Shown one piece after another: positions 12,898 to 23,417 of a stretch of DNA of 64,000 nucleotides. The first letter of the stretch is position 1, and each line of letters begins with the position of its first letter. Below the pieces are notes generated by a model. That model saw nothing but the letters and a program-made list of their open reading frames with translations, was not told where the DNA came from and did not search any database. Made by a program: the position numbers and the translations under genes. Source of the DNA: an uncultured Oscillospiraceae bacterium (GTDB lineage Bacteria > Bacillota > Clostridia > Oscillospirales > Oscillospiraceae); NCBI GenBank assembly GCA_964454215.1, contig CAYVSU010000001.1:22238-86237 (forward strand). The letters run 5' to 3'.

Positions 12898-13917
12898 TTA
12901 TACACCAGATTTTGCGATAATGCTATACCTATTTTTCTTTTTTTGCTTCATAATCAGGCAAATCAGGACAATTACTGCAAACAGGACATAAAAAGTGGTG
13001 GGAATTGTCACTTGATCATATCCGCGGAACAGAATGTGCTGCAGAAAAACTGCCAAAGTCAAGCTAACCAGGCATTGGATGACCTTTCCCTTTATGTAGC
13101 TGGTTAGCCCAAGTCCGCCAATGACAGAACCAGTCTGCATCGTAACACATATGCCGCCGAAACCAAGCAAAACCGAACAGATGATAAACCGCAAACCTTC
13201 GCAGGTGATGATGGATAGGGAAGTGCAGCCCGCAGTCAACTCCAGCAATCCGCAGATTATCACCTGTGCAGCCGGATCCAGTAACCACAAAAACCATCGA
13301 TCCAAGAATGCGAGAATCACCTGAAATACCAAGATCCACAGGCAGACCTTGGCAATATTCTTTCCGGCACATTCTACTGAACCAATAACGGTCGTTTTAT
13401 TATGTGAGAGGTTTATCTGGTCAGTTTGAAAATCTCCCGGTAGGATCGCGGCTGTAACGATGCAGGAAAGGATATGGATTCCCCAAAGCAGCCAGGGAGC
13501 CGCTGAACAGGAAAAATGACTGGCCACAATTCCAAACAGGAAAGATGGACCGGCATTACTGCAAAAGCCAAGCATTCTGCGGGCGTTTTTGATTGAGATC
13601 TGTTTTCTTTGGTATGTTTCCGCTACAGACTGAGCACCGGTTGGATATCCTCCAACCAGACCGGTCACCAACAAGATACCCGTACCTTTGCTCATTCTGC
13701 AGATTTTTTCCACAGGTCTTAGAATTGCTGATGGAAGACCGGTCAAGGCGCTGGTCAGGATAGATGTTAAGATAAAAAAAGGGAATAAAGAGGGAATCAC
13801 TGCATTGATACACAGAGCGAGCCCGGCCTGCATTCCGGAAATAGCTGTTTTTGTATCTAAAATCAGAAATAAAATTGCGATGGATGCGAAAATTCCGCTC
13901 CGCACCGTTTGTCTCAT
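12898..13917 (-). CDS. ylbJ: Sporulation integral membrane protein YlbJ-like
   Basis: VIPSLFPFF, GGYPTGA, SNAGPSF, GLLELTAG, GFGGICV..Q. Confidence 0.82.
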   Translation of the reverse strand: MRQTVRSGIFASIAILFLILDTKTAISGMQAGLALCINAVIPSLFPFFILTSILTSALTGLPSAILRPVEKICRMSKGTGILLVTGLVGGYPTGAQSVAETYQRKQISIKNARRMLGFCSNAGPSFLFGIVASHFSCSAAPWLLWGIHILSCIVTAAILPGDFQTDQINLSHNKTTVIGSVECAGKNIAKVCLWILVFQVILAFLDRWFLWLLDPAAQVIICGLLELTAGCTSLSIITCEGLRFIICSVLLGFGGICVTMQTGSVIGGLGLTSYIKGKVIQCLVSLTLAVFLQHILFRGYDQVTIPTTFYVLFAVIVLICLIMKQKKKNRYSIIAKSGV

Positions 13918-13996
13918 CGTCACCACCTCAAAAGAATCTATGCTTTGGAGAGCAAAAACATCACAGGGGAATCATATGCTTTTTGTAAGGAGGCGT

Positions 13997-14281
13997 ATGA
14001 TTGTGGGATTGAATGAAATTATGCATCGGTTGGCCATCACGGCGGAACTGTATGACGAGCCAATGCCGGGACTGCCTGTTATAGAGATACTGGATCATAA
14101 ACGGGTATTGATCGAGAATCATTGCGGCGTAACGGAATATGAAAACGATATGATTCGCGTGCGGGTGAAATTTGGACAGATTTGCGTAGAAGGGACATCG
14201 CTGAAACTGGCTAGAATGAGTAAAGGGCAGCTTGTGATCTCTGGCTGCATTGATGCAGTGCGTCTTTTCAGGGGGTGCTGA
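13997..14281 (+). CDS. yqfC: YabP/YqfC family sporulation protein
   Basis: VLIENHCGVTEY, LVISGCI; AAGGAGG RBS; SigE-like CATATGCT upstream. Confidence 0.88.
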   Translation: MIVGLNEIMHRLAITAELYDEPMPGLPVIEILDHKRVLIENHCGVTEYENDMIRVRVKFGQICVEGTSLKLARMSKGQLVISGCIDAVRLFRGC

Positions 14282-14282
14282 A

Positions 14283-15467
14283 TTGAATTCTTGGAACTTT
14301 TTGAGCGGAACAGTAACCGTTCAAATAACCAGTGCAGATACTGCCGGTACGATAAACCGCTGTTTTTCCGGAGGGATCATCCTGTATGATACCCAACAAA
14401 TTGACGGGTTAACTGTGCAATGTGTCATTCACCGCGAGGATCTCAGCTTGCTGAAAGGCGTGACGGAAGCAAGAGGAGATTCCCTTAAGGTCATAAAAAG
14501 AAAAGGGCTGTATTGGACAATTGCTGCCTTACGTAAGCGGCCTGTTTTAGTAATCGGAATGGCTTTGATGATCGCATTGGCTTGTTTTCTTCCGACAAGG
14601 GTGCTGTTTATCCAAGTGTCCGGAAATGTATCTGTTCCGGACAGGAAGATTCTGGAAACTGCTACCAAATGTGGAATCTATTTTGGTGCCAGTCGTAGTG
14701 AAGTGCGCAGTGAACGGATGAAAAATGCGCTGTTGGAGGCAATGCCGGAGCTTCAGTGGGCTGGCGTCAATACATCTGGCTGTGTTGCTGTTATCACAGT
14801 TCGGGAGCGGGAGGCCGAGGAAAAACAGGAAACGAAAAAAACAGTTTCCAGCATTGTGGCTGTCCGCGATGGGATCATTGAGTCCTGCACTGTATCCAAG
14901 GGAACGGCTCACTGCAAGCCGGGGCAGGCAGTTACAAAGGGACAGCTGCTGATTTCCGGGTACACAGACTGCGGTATCACCATACGGGCGGAAACCGCGG
15001 AAGGGGAAATCTACGCCCAAACGGAGCGCAGCTTGGAGGTCCGTACACTAAATTCCTGCTGCAAACAATCTGATATTGTTGATTCAGAGACAAAATTCAG
15101 CCTGATCTTGGGAAAAAAACGTATAAATTTCTACAAAGGTAGTGGAATTTTGGATATCACTTGTGATAGAATATATGAGGAAAACTATATCACTTTGCCG
15201 GGTGGATTTGTACTCCCCGTTGCCTTTGTTACAGAACGGTGGACATACTATTGCTGCGAAGAAACGGTTTCGGATGCGGATTTTGATCTGTCTGATTTTG
15301 CTCAGAATTATCTGCTGGAACAAATGGTGGCTGGTCAGATCCTTTCCGCATTGGAGTCATCGGCAACCGGAACCGATGTACTCTCCCTTAAAGGCACTTA
15401 TCAATGCAGAGAGATGATCGGCAAAGTGATCAAAGAGGAGATCATAAAACCAAATGGGAATGACTAA
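14283..15467 (+). CDS. yqfD: Sporulation protein YqfD
   Basis: IQVSGN, LQWAGVNTSG, IVAVRDGII, GQLLISG; lies between yqfC and phoH. Confidence 0.9.
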   Translation: MNSWNFLSGTVTVQITSADTAGTINRCFSGGIILYDTQQIDGLTVQCVIHREDLSLLKGVTEARGDSLKVIKRKGLYWTIAALRKRPVLVIGMALMIALACFLPTRVLFIQVSGNVSVPDRKILETATKCGIYFGASRSEVRSERMKNALLEAMPELQWAGVNTSGCVAVITVREREAEEKQETKKTVSSIVAVRDGIIESCTVSKGTAHCKPGQAVTKGQLLISGYTDCGITIRAETAEGEIYAQTERSLEVRTLNSCCKQSDIVDSETKFSLILGKKRINFYKGSGILDITCDRIYEENYITLPGGFVLPVAFVTERWTYYCCEETVSDADFDLSDFAQNYLLEQMVAGQILSALESSATGTDVLSLKGTYQCREMIGKVIKEEIIKPNGND

Positions 15468-16458
15468 CGAGAGAATTGTAAATGCGGAACGGTTGGAGGA
15501 TATTATCGCCGTTTTTGGATCCTTTGACGAGAATATCAAGCGGATCGAAGAAGCACTGAATGTGACCATTGTCAACCGTGGTACAGAGTTGAAGATTTCA
15601 GGTGATGCCGAGGCAACGGACAAAGCGTCACGAACATTGGAAGGTCTTCTTTCCTTGGCCTCCAAAGGCGAAAATATCGACGAGCAACGGGTTCGCTATC
15701 TGATTACCCTTGTACAGGAGGGGAATGATGCGCTGGTGGCCAAGATGGCAAAGGACGTTGTCTGCATCACAGCCAAGGGTAAGCCCATCAAGGCAAAAAC
15801 CGTGGGCCAGCAGGACTATATGAAGGCCATCCAAAGCAACACTATTACCATTGGCATTGGACCTGCTGGCACCGGTAAGACCTATCTTGCTGTGGCAGCA
15901 GCGGTGGCTGCGTTCCGGGAGCGTACCGTTAACCGGATCATTCTGACCCGCCCTGCGGTGGAAGCCGGTGAGCGATTGGGATTTTTGCCTGGGGATCTGC
16001 AGAACAAGGTAGATCCGTATCTGCGTCCGCTGTATGACGCACTCTATGATATGCTGGGTGCGGAAACCTTCCAAAAATATCAGGAACGAGGTTCTATTGA
16101 AGTAGCACCCTTAGCTTATATGAGAGGCCGCACACTGGATGACAGCTTCATTATCCTTGATGAAGCCCAGAACACTACCCGGGAACAGATGAAGATGTTC
16201 CTGACCCGACTTGGATTCGGATCCAAGATTGTGATTACCGGCGATGTGACCCAGATCGATCTGCCGGATGATAAGGTATCGGGTTTAAAGGATGCAGTTC
16301 GTGTATTAACGGATGTAAAAGATATTGCTATTTGTACTCTGACATCTGCAGACGTGGTTCGCCATGCGCTGGTACAGCAGATCATCAATGCCTACGAAAA
16401 GGCGGAAAAGAAGCGGGAATCAGCTACAGAAAACAAAAATTACCAAAGGAAGAGATAA
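15454..16458 (+). CDS. phoH: PhoH family protein
   Basis: GPAGTGKTYLA, RPAVEAGE, AYMRGRTL, DEAQN. Confidence 0.96.
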   Translation: MGMTNERIVNAERLEDIIAVFGSFDENIKRIEEALNVTIVNRGTELKISGDAEATDKASRTLEGLLSLASKGENIDEQRVRYLITLVQEGNDALVAKMAKDVVCITAKGKPIKAKTVGQQDYMKAIQSNTITIGIGPAGTGKTYLAVAAAVAAFRERTVNRIILTRPAVEAGERLGFLPGDLQNKVDPYLRPLYDALYDMLGAETFQKYQERGSIEVAPLAYMRGRTLDDSFIILDEAQNTTREQMKMFLTRLGFGSKIVITGDVTQIDLPDDKVSGLKDAVRVLTDVKDIAICTLTSADVVRHALVQQIINAYEKAEKKRESATENKNYQRKR

Positions 16459-16459
16459 T

Positions 16460-16963
16460 ATGGCAAGGTATAAGATCAATATTACATTTGATGTTTTTAC
16501 TGTTAAGCAACCCTTCTTTACTTCCATCATCCGCAAATGTGTGGAAGCTACGCTGAATGCTGAAGGCGTTAGCGCCCCCTGCGAGATCAATGTGTTGGTT
16601 ACGAATGACAAGGGCATCCGCGCTATCAACAAGGCCAGCCGGCAGATCGATATACCCACTGACGTTCTGAGTTTCCCTATGTTTCATTTGACAGCAGGGC
16701 AATACCCATCAGATTGGTCCGAATATTTGGATCCAGAGACGGAAATGTGTCCGCTTGGTGATATGTGTATCTCTTTAGAGCGGGCTGGTGCACAGTCTAA
16801 GGAATTCGGCCACAGTATCAAAAGGGAAGTTGGCTACTTAACCATCCATTCTATGCTTCATCTTTTAGGCTATGACCATTTAGACGAAGGCGAACAGAAA
16901 AAACAAATGCGTGCCAGAGAAGAGGCAATTGCCGCGGAAATTCCCGGTATGAGCAGAGATTAA
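16460..16963 (+). CDS. ybeY: rRNA maturation RNase YbeY
   Basis: PTDVLSFP, HSMLHLLGYDH. Confidence 0.95.
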   Translation: MARYKINITFDVFTVKQPFFTSIIRKCVEATLNAEGVSAPCEINVLVTNDKGIRAINKASRQIDIPTDVLSFPMFHLTAGQYPSDWSEYLDPETEMCPLGDMCISLERAGAQSKEFGHSIKREVGYLTIHSMLHLLGYDHLDEGEQKKQMRAREEAIAAEIPGMSRD

Positions 16964-16976
16964 GGAGATTTTACGA

Positions 16977-17864
16977 ATGAATACAAAAACCGCTATGATC
17001 ACTATCGCCGGACGTCCCAATGTAGGTAAGTCCACATTGACCAATTATCTCGTTGGCGAAAAAATCGCTATTGTTTCCAATAAGCCTCAGACCACCCGTA
17101 ACCGGATCTGTGGCATCGTAACTAAGGGAGATACCCAGTTCGTGTTCGTGGATACTCCCGGCTACCACCGCGCCCGCACGAAGTTGGGCGATTATATGGT
17201 CAATGTTGCCAGAGATTCCATCGCAGATGTGGATGCCACGATCCTTGTGGTGGAACCCATCGCGTCCATTGGCCCACAGGAGGAGGGACTGCTAGAAAAG
17301 ATCAAATCAAGCAAGTCTCCGGCGATCCTTGCTATCAATAAGATCGATACCGTTGAAAAGGATACACTTTTGGAAGTGATTGCAACATATTCAAAAGCAG
17401 CAGATTTTTCAGCGATCATTCCCATCTCAGCCAAAACCGGCGATGGCGTGGATTCATTGTTGACTGAGTGCGAGAAATATGCTGTGGATTCACCATTTCT
17501 CTTTGATGAAGATGCAACTACCGACCAGCCGGAGCGGCAGGTGATGGCGGAAATTATTCGGGAGAAGATCCTTTGGAATCTGGACCGTGAGATTCCTCAC
17601 GGTACAGCTGTTGAGATCACCAAGTTCTCTGAGCGGGACAGCGGTATCATCGATATTGATGCTACAATTTACTGCGAAAAAGCCAGCCATAAGGGTATTA
17701 TTATTGGCAAACAAGGTGCAATGTTGAAGAAAATTTCTTCTATGGCCCGTGCTGACTGTGAAAAGTTTATGGGGACCAAGGTATTCCTGACTACCTGGGT
17801 GAAGGTAAAGGAAAATTGGCGTGACAGTGATTTCCTTGTCCGCAATTTCGGCTATAGCGAATAA
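16977..17864 (+). CDS. era: GTPase Era
   Basis: GRPNVGKST, QTTR, DTPG, NKID, KH domain GIIIGK. Confidence 0.97.
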   Translation: MNTKTAMITIAGRPNVGKSTLTNYLVGEKIAIVSNKPQTTRNRICGIVTKGDTQFVFVDTPGYHRARTKLGDYMVNVARDSIADVDATILVVEPIASIGPQEEGLLEKIKSSKSPAILAINKIDTVEKDTLLEVIATYSKAADFSAIIPISAKTGDGVDSLLTECEKYAVDSPFLFDEDATTDQPERQVMAEIIREKILWNLDREIPHGTAVEITKFSERDSGIIDIDATIYCEKASHKGIIIGKQGAMLKKISSMARADCEKFMGTKVFLTTWVKVKENWRDSDFLVRNFGYSE

Positions 17865-17918
17865 TTTCCATGTCTATTCCTCAGCTTTCTGCAAAAGCTA
17901 GATGCGGAGGGATGACTG

Positions 17919-18062
17919 ATGAAGGCAAATGACTACTGGAAATTGTTTATGGAGACCGGCGCGCCGGAAATATATCTGCTATATACAAAATCAATGAAAT
18001 CGGAGGCAAGCTATGTATCTGACGACCCGGGGACTGGTATTGCGGGTCACGGACTACAATGA
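17919..18062 (+). CDS. yqzL: YqzL family small protein (47 aa)
   Basis: Not in ORF track. MKANDYWKLFMETGAPEIYLLY after GGAGG; conserved position between era and recO. Confidence 0.8.
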   Translation: MKANDYWKLFMETGAPEIYLLYTKSMKSEASYVSDDPGTGIAGHGLQ

Positions 18063-18750
18063 CCGGGACGCACTTTTGACCCTGTTGACACCCAATAACG
18101 GAAAATTAACTGTCAAGGCCCGGGGGCTGCGCCGGAAGAACAGTCCGCTGACAGCACCTTGTCAGCTTCTGGCCTATGGCGAGTATACCTTGTTTGAATA
18201 TAAAGGTAGCTATAGTATTAATGAGGCGGCATCAGTGGAACTGTTTCGCGGTTTGCGGCGAGATCTGACAAAACTGTCGCTAGGCACGTATTTTGCCCAG
18301 GTAGCTGAGCTGATCTGTCAGGAAGACCTGCCAAATCCGGAGATTTTGAGTTTGGTTCTCAACTGCCTTTATGCACTTTCCCAGTTGCAACTGCCGGAAA
18401 ATCAGGTAAAAGCGGCATTTGAACTGCGGATTGCCTGCCTGGCTGGTTACCAGCCGGATCTTACCGGTTGTCGTATCTGCGGCAATCAGGAACCGGGATT
18501 GTTTGATATCTCGGACGGTATGCTGGAATGTGGCATTTGTCGTCAGGGCGACGGAATCCGGATGCCCTTGAATGCCGGAATTTTGGAGGCTATGCGGTAC
18601 ATTTGCTTGTGTGACCCCAAGAAGCTGTTTTCTTTTCAGATGAGTCTTGAAAATATGGACAAGGTGGCAAGCATTTCGGAGGCTTACCTATGTGCTCAGT
18701 TAGAAAGAGGCTTTTCAACACTGGATTTTTACAAATCCCTACTTATTTAG
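18013..18750 (+). CDS. recO: DNA repair protein RecO
   Basis: GLVLR..DY.D.D.LLTLLT...GK, GYQPDL..C..CG Zn motif. Confidence 0.93.
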   Translation: MYLTTRGLVLRVTDYNDRDALLTLLTPNNGKLTVKARGLRRKNSPLTAPCQLLAYGEYTLFEYKGSYSINEAASVELFRGLRRDLTKLSLGTYFAQVAELICQEDLPNPEILSLVLNCLYALSQLQLPENQVKAAFELRIACLAGYQPDLTGCRICGNQEPGLFDISDGMLECGICRQGDGIRMPLNAGILEAMRYICLCDPKKLFSFQMSLENMDKVASISEAYLCAQLERGFSTLDFYKSLLI

Positions 18751-18759
18751 GAGTTTACT

Positions 18760-21135
18760 ATGTCTGAATTATACGAAAAATCCCTTCTGAAGTTGGAACT
18801 GGACCTGGTTCTTGGGTTGCTGGCAGAATGTGCGGGCAGCCAGGAGGGAAAAGATGCCTGCTTGAGGTTGCGCCCTGTGTCCGATCTGGAGGATGTACAG
18901 GAGATGCTGGATCAGACCACAGCCGCATCGGATCTATGCACAAGAAAGGGCAATCCCTCCTTTTCCGGCGTGATAGATGTGTCCGCTTCCCTGGAACGGG
19001 CAGATCGGGGCGGTTGCCTGCAGCCTGCAGAGCTTTTGCGGATTGCTGGTGTTCTGCGCTGTGCGCGAACCATAAAAGGCTATGTATCGGAAGATGACAA
19101 GGCAACGGTTTTGGATGCCCTTTTTGCGGCGCTGACACCCAACAAGTACCTGGAAGATAAGATCTTTGGCGCAATTTTGTCCGAAGAGGAGATCGCTGAC
19201 AATGCCAGCCCAGCTCTTGCGGATATACGGCGGCATATGCGGATTCAGTCTGCTAAGATCAAGGACAGCCTGCAAAAAATGATCTCATCTCCGGCTTACA
19301 GCAAGTACCTGCGGGACCCTATCATCACCATTCGTGACGGTCGGTATGTGGTACCGGTTAAGAGTGAGCACCGGGCAGATGTTCCTGGACTCGTTCACGA
19401 CGTTTCTTCCTCCGGTTCCACCTATTTTGTAGAGCCTATGTCTGCGGTCAATGCCAACAACGCCCTTCGCGAATTGGAGCTGAAAGAGAAGAAGGAAATT
19501 GAGCGGATCCTTGCAGAACTTTCTTCCGAGACGGCGGGATACCGTGAGGCTATAACACTGAATGTTAAGATGTTGACACAGCTGGACGTTATCTTTGCAA
19601 AGGCAAAGTTGGCATACCGGATGCGAGCTTGGCCGCCAATTATGAATGATCAGGGCATTGTGGAGCTGCGCAATGCCCGACATCCTTTGATCGATCCTAA
19701 AATTGTGGTGCCTATTTCTTTGCATCTTGGCAGAGATTTTGACACAATGATCATTACCGGTCCGAACACCGGCGGTAAAACAGTTACCCTTAAAACCGTT
19801 GGTCTTCTGACATTGATGGCGGAGTGCGGTTTGCACATTCCCGCCGGTGATGGAAGCAGGTTGTCCACCTTTGATGCGATTTTGGCGGATATTGGTGATG
19901 AGCAGAGTATTGCCCAAAGCCTGTCTACCTTCTCCAGCCATATGCGTACAATTGTGGATGTTGTTGCGGAATGTGACGACCGCACATTGGTGCTGTTTGA
20001 TGAATTGGGTGCGGGTACTGATCCGGCTGAAGGTGCCGCACTTGCCGTGGCACTGATTGAATTTTGCCGAAAAATGGGCAGTCGCGTTGCGGCAACTACT
20101 CATTATGCTGAGTTAAAATTGTATGCAATGCGTACTGCTGGCGTAATCAATGCGTCCTGTGAATTTGACGTTGAGACCCTGCAGCCTACCTACAAGCTGC
20201 TGATCGGAATACCCGGTAAATCCAATGCCTTTGCCATTTCCCGGCGGCTCGGCCTTTCTGAAGACATTCTGAAGGAAGCTGCAGATCTGGTAGGGAAGAG
20301 CGATAAAGACTTTGAAGATGTACTTTCTCAGCTGGAGCAGCAGCGTCAGCAGATGGAGTCTGCCCGTGTTGAGGCTGAACGCCTGCGTCAGGAGACGGAG
20401 AATATCAAACGGCAGAGTGAGCAGTACAGTGCACAGCTACAAAAGGAGAAGGATAAGGCACTGGAATCTGCCAGAAGGGAAGCACAGCGGATCATTGACG
20501 ATGCCCGCAGTACCGCAAATGCGGCTGCGGAGGAATTGAAAGCTCTTCGCAAGCAATTAACAGATACTGCCGATACCACCGGCATCAATCAGCGACAGGC
20601 TGAGTTGCGCAGAAGCCTCAACGAGGCTGAAAATAAGCTTCGTGCCGGTCAGAAGGAAGAAAAGCGGCCTGAGCCGAAGCGGCCTGTGATGATCGGAGAC
20701 ACTGTGGAACTTCTGAAGTTGGGCACTAAGGCAAGCGTGATTGCAATCAACAAAGACGGCACATATCAGCTTCAGGCCGGTATCCTGAAATTGAGTGCCA
20801 AGTCGGATGAGATATACCTTTTGGAAAACGAGAATCTCTACAAAAACAAGGGCCGCCCTGCCCATTCCGGCAGAGAAATGAAAGTTTCCGCCATTTCCAG
20901 CGAAGTGGACCTGCGGGGAATGGATTCTGTGGAAGCAGTCTGTGCCTTGCAGCTTTACCTGGATAATGCGATGCGCTCCCGGGTCTCGCCAGTGCGTATT
21001 ATTCACGGCAAAGGCACTGGAACGCTGCGGTCGGCTGTTCACCAGGAGCTTAGAAAAAACAAATTTGTGAAATCTTTCCGGTTGGGTGTTTATGGAGAAG
21101 GTGAAGATGGTGTAACCATCGCCGAATTCAAGTGA
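18760..21135 (+). CDS. mutS2: MutS2 endonuclease
   Basis: ITGPNTGGKT, QSLSTFSSHM, DELGAGTDP, C-terminal Smr domain IIHGKGTG. Confidence 0.96.
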   Translation: MSELYEKSLLKLELDLVLGLLAECAGSQEGKDACLRLRPVSDLEDVQEMLDQTTAASDLCTRKGNPSFSGVIDVSASLERADRGGCLQPAELLRIAGVLRCARTIKGYVSEDDKATVLDALFAALTPNKYLEDKIFGAILSEEEIADNASPALADIRRHMRIQSAKIKDSLQKMISSPAYSKYLRDPIITIRDGRYVVPVKSEHRADVPGLVHDVSSSGSTYFVEPMSAVNANNALRELELKEKKEIERILAELSSETAGYREAITLNVKMLTQLDVIFAKAKLAYRMRAWPPIMNDQGIVELRNARHPLIDPKIVVPISLHLGRDFDTMIITGPNTGGKTVTLKTVGLLTLMAECGLHIPAGDGSRLSTFDAILADIGDEQSIAQSLSTFSSHMRTIVDVVAECDDRTLVLFDELGAGTDPAEGAALAVALIEFCRKMGSRVAATTHYAELKLYAMRTAGVINASCEFDVETLQPTYKLLIGIPGKSNAFAISRRLGLSEDILKEAADLVGKSDKDFEDVLSQLEQQRQQMESARVEAERLRQETENIKRQSEQYSAQLQKEKDKALESARREAQRIIDDARSTANAAAEELKALRKQLTDTADTTGINQRQAELRRSLNEAENKLRAGQKEEKRPEPKRPVMIGDTVELLKLGTKASVIAINKDGTYQLQAGILKLSAKSDEIYLLENENLYKNKGRPAHSGREMKVSAISSEVDLRGMDSVEAVCALQLYLDNAMRSRVSPVRIIHGKGTGTLRSAVHQELRKNKFVKSFRLGVYGEGEDGVTIAEFK

Positions 21136-21270
21136 GTTTTTTGGGAAAAATTCCAATTTTACCAAAAAACAAGGAATTTACTGCAAATGCAGTTGACTTT
21201 CCTGCATTATTTGTTATGATAAATGCAGGATCTTATACAGCCACTGTGGGATCCACAAGGAGTGAATACT

Positions 21271-21531
21271 ATGTTCAGTAAGGAAATTGTCGTAAAATGC
21301 GAATCCGGTTTGCATAATAGACAGGCTACATACTTCGTGCAGAAGGCTAACGAATTTGAATGCAGCATCAGCCTGGAATGTCAGAATCGGAAAATGAACG
21401 CAAAAAGTCTGCTGGGAATTATGTCTCTTGGCATCATCACCGGCACAACCGTAACTCTGTCTGCAATCGGTTTCGATGCCGAGGCGGCGGTTAGCGCACT
21501 GGAAGCACTGCTTCTGCGTGATGTTGCCTGA
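21271..21531 (+). CDS. HPr family phosphocarrier
   Basis: GLHNRQA (His15 region) and NAKSLLG (Ser46 region). Confidence 0.88.
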   Translation: MFSKEIVVKCESGLHNRQATYFVQKANEFECSISLECQNRKMNAKSLLGIMSLGIITGTTVTLSAIGFDAEAAVSALEALLLRDVA

Positions 21532-21596
21532 TAAAACTTTTGTGTTTGAACGCCTCGATGCCAAACCAGCATTGAGGCGTTTCTTTTGGAGAAATT

Positions 21597-23414
21597 ATGA
21601 CATTTGATCAGTTGAAAGATAAGGCATTGAGCCTACCATATGCTCCCGGCGTTTACATTATGCGAGACAAAAACGATACTGTGATTTATGTCGGCAAAGC
21701 AAAGAAACTGAAAAACCGTGTCTGTCAGTACTTTCAGGATGCTGCATCTCATACGCCTAAGACTCGGCTTATGGTCAGTCATATTGACCGCTTTGATGTG
21801 ATTATTGCCGGTTCTGAATTTGAGGCGCTGGTACTGGAATGCTCTTTAATTAAGCGACATTTGCCAAAGTACAATATTCTTTTGAAGGACGATAAGGGTT
21901 ATCCTTATCTTCGCCTGGACCAGAATGAAGCATATCCAAGGATCACTCTGGTCAGCAAGATCACAGACGATGGAGCAGAATATTTTGGTCCCTACGGCAG
22001 CCGCGGCGTGACGAATGCATTGCTGGAAGCCATTATGAAAACCTTGAAATTACCGGATTGTACCCGTGTGTTTCCCCGGGATATAGGAAAAGCTCGTCCT
22101 TGTCTGAATTACCATATGGATCAATGCTCCGGTTGGTGTCAAGGCCAGCTAACAAAGGAGTACTACCGATCGGTTGTGGAACAGGCACGGCAGCTTTTGC
22201 TTGGAAATTTCAAAGCAGTCGCGGATACGATCCGCAGGGAAATGGTTTCCTGTGCCGATCAATTGGAATTCGAGCGGGCGGCGATGCTGCGCGACCGATT
22301 GAATGCTGTTGAGAATTTGGGAAAGAAGCAGCTGGTTACAGCCGGCACTTTAGCAGATACAGATGTGGTAGGTTATGGTCAGACGGAGACCAAAGCCTGT
22401 TTCGCCGTGCTCCATTTTTCCGGCGGCAATCTGCTGGATAAGGATTATGAGGTATTTTCAGTGCCGGATGACTCCAAAGATGCTGTATCAAGCTTGATGA
22501 AGCAGTACTATTTAAGCCGGGGTCACGCACCGAAACGGGTTCTTCTGCCCTTTGAACTGGACGATGCGGACCTGTTTTCCCAATTGATGGAGCAGCAGTA
22601 CGGTAAGAAGACAAAGCTGCACTGTCCACAGCGTGGTGATAACGTCCGTTTGGTAGAACTCGCAAACAAAAACGCTCTGGAAGAGGCTCAGCGCTTGACT
22701 GATAAGGACGAAAGACTGTCAGCAACACTGCACCTCCTGGGAAAGATGCTTTCCATTGATCCACCAAAAAGAATTGAATCCTTCGACATCTCTAATATTT
22801 CCGGAACGGATATCGTGGCCAGTATGGTGGTATTTTGTGACGGCAAACCAAAGCGGTCGGAGTATAAGAAATTCAAAATCGAGGGTCTGGATAATCAGGA
22901 TGATTATGCGTCAATGCATCAGGTTGTATTCCGGCGTTTTCAGCATTATCTCGATGGAGATAAAGGTTTTGATGAAAGGCCGGATCTTCTATTGATCGAT
23001 GGTGGCATCACCCACGCCAGCACGGCCCTCAACGTCCTGCAGGGTATGGAACTGGATATTCCGGTATTCGGTATGGTCAAGGATGACCGTCACCGTACTC
23101 GTGCGCTGGTGACGTCAGATGGGGAAGAAATTGGCATTGACGGCAATCAAACCATATTTTCCTTTATTGGCAACATTCAGGAGGAAACCCATCGTTTTGC
23201 CATTACCTTTCATCGAAAGTTACGAAGTAAACGGTTGCGATATTCTCAGCTGGACAGCATTGCTGGTATTGGACCGAAGCGAAAGCAGGAACTGCTGAAG
23301 ACATTTAAGTCGATCACAGCAATCGGAAATGCTTCTATTGAAGAATTGGAGCGGGTTCTTCCAAAAGATGCAGCCTCCGCTGTTTACCATCATTTTAACG
23401 ATAAGGAGAAATAG
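21597..23414 (+). CDS. uvrC: Excinuclease ABC subunit C
   Basis: GVY...IYVGKAK GIY-YIG, RIESFDISN, LIDGG, HhH GIGPKR. Confidence 0.96.
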   Translation: MTFDQLKDKALSLPYAPGVYIMRDKNDTVIYVGKAKKLKNRVCQYFQDAASHTPKTRLMVSHIDRFDVIIAGSEFEALVLECSLIKRHLPKYNILLKDDKGYPYLRLDQNEAYPRITLVSKITDDGAEYFGPYGSRGVTNALLEAIMKTLKLPDCTRVFPRDIGKARPCLNYHMDQCSGWCQGQLTKEYYRSVVEQARQLLLGNFKAVADTIRREMVSCADQLEFERAAMLRDRLNAVENLGKKQLVTAGTLADTDVVGYGQTETKACFAVLHFSGGNLLDKDYEVFSVPDDSKDAVSSLMKQYYLSRGHAPKRVLLPFELDDADLFSQLMEQQYGKKTKLHCPQRGDNVRLVELANKNALEEAQRLTDKDERLSATLHLLGKMLSIDPPKRIESFDISNISGTDIVASMVVFCDGKPKRSEYKKFKIEGLDNQDDYASMHQVVFRRFQHYLDGDKGFDERPDLLLIDGGITHASTALNVLQGMELDIPVFGMVKDDRHRTRALVTSDGEEIGIDGNQTIFSFIGNIQEETHRFAITFHRKLRSKRLRYSQLDSIAGIGPKRKQELLKTFKSITAIGNASIEELERVLPKDAASAVYHHFNDKEK

Positions 23415-23417
23415 CAG

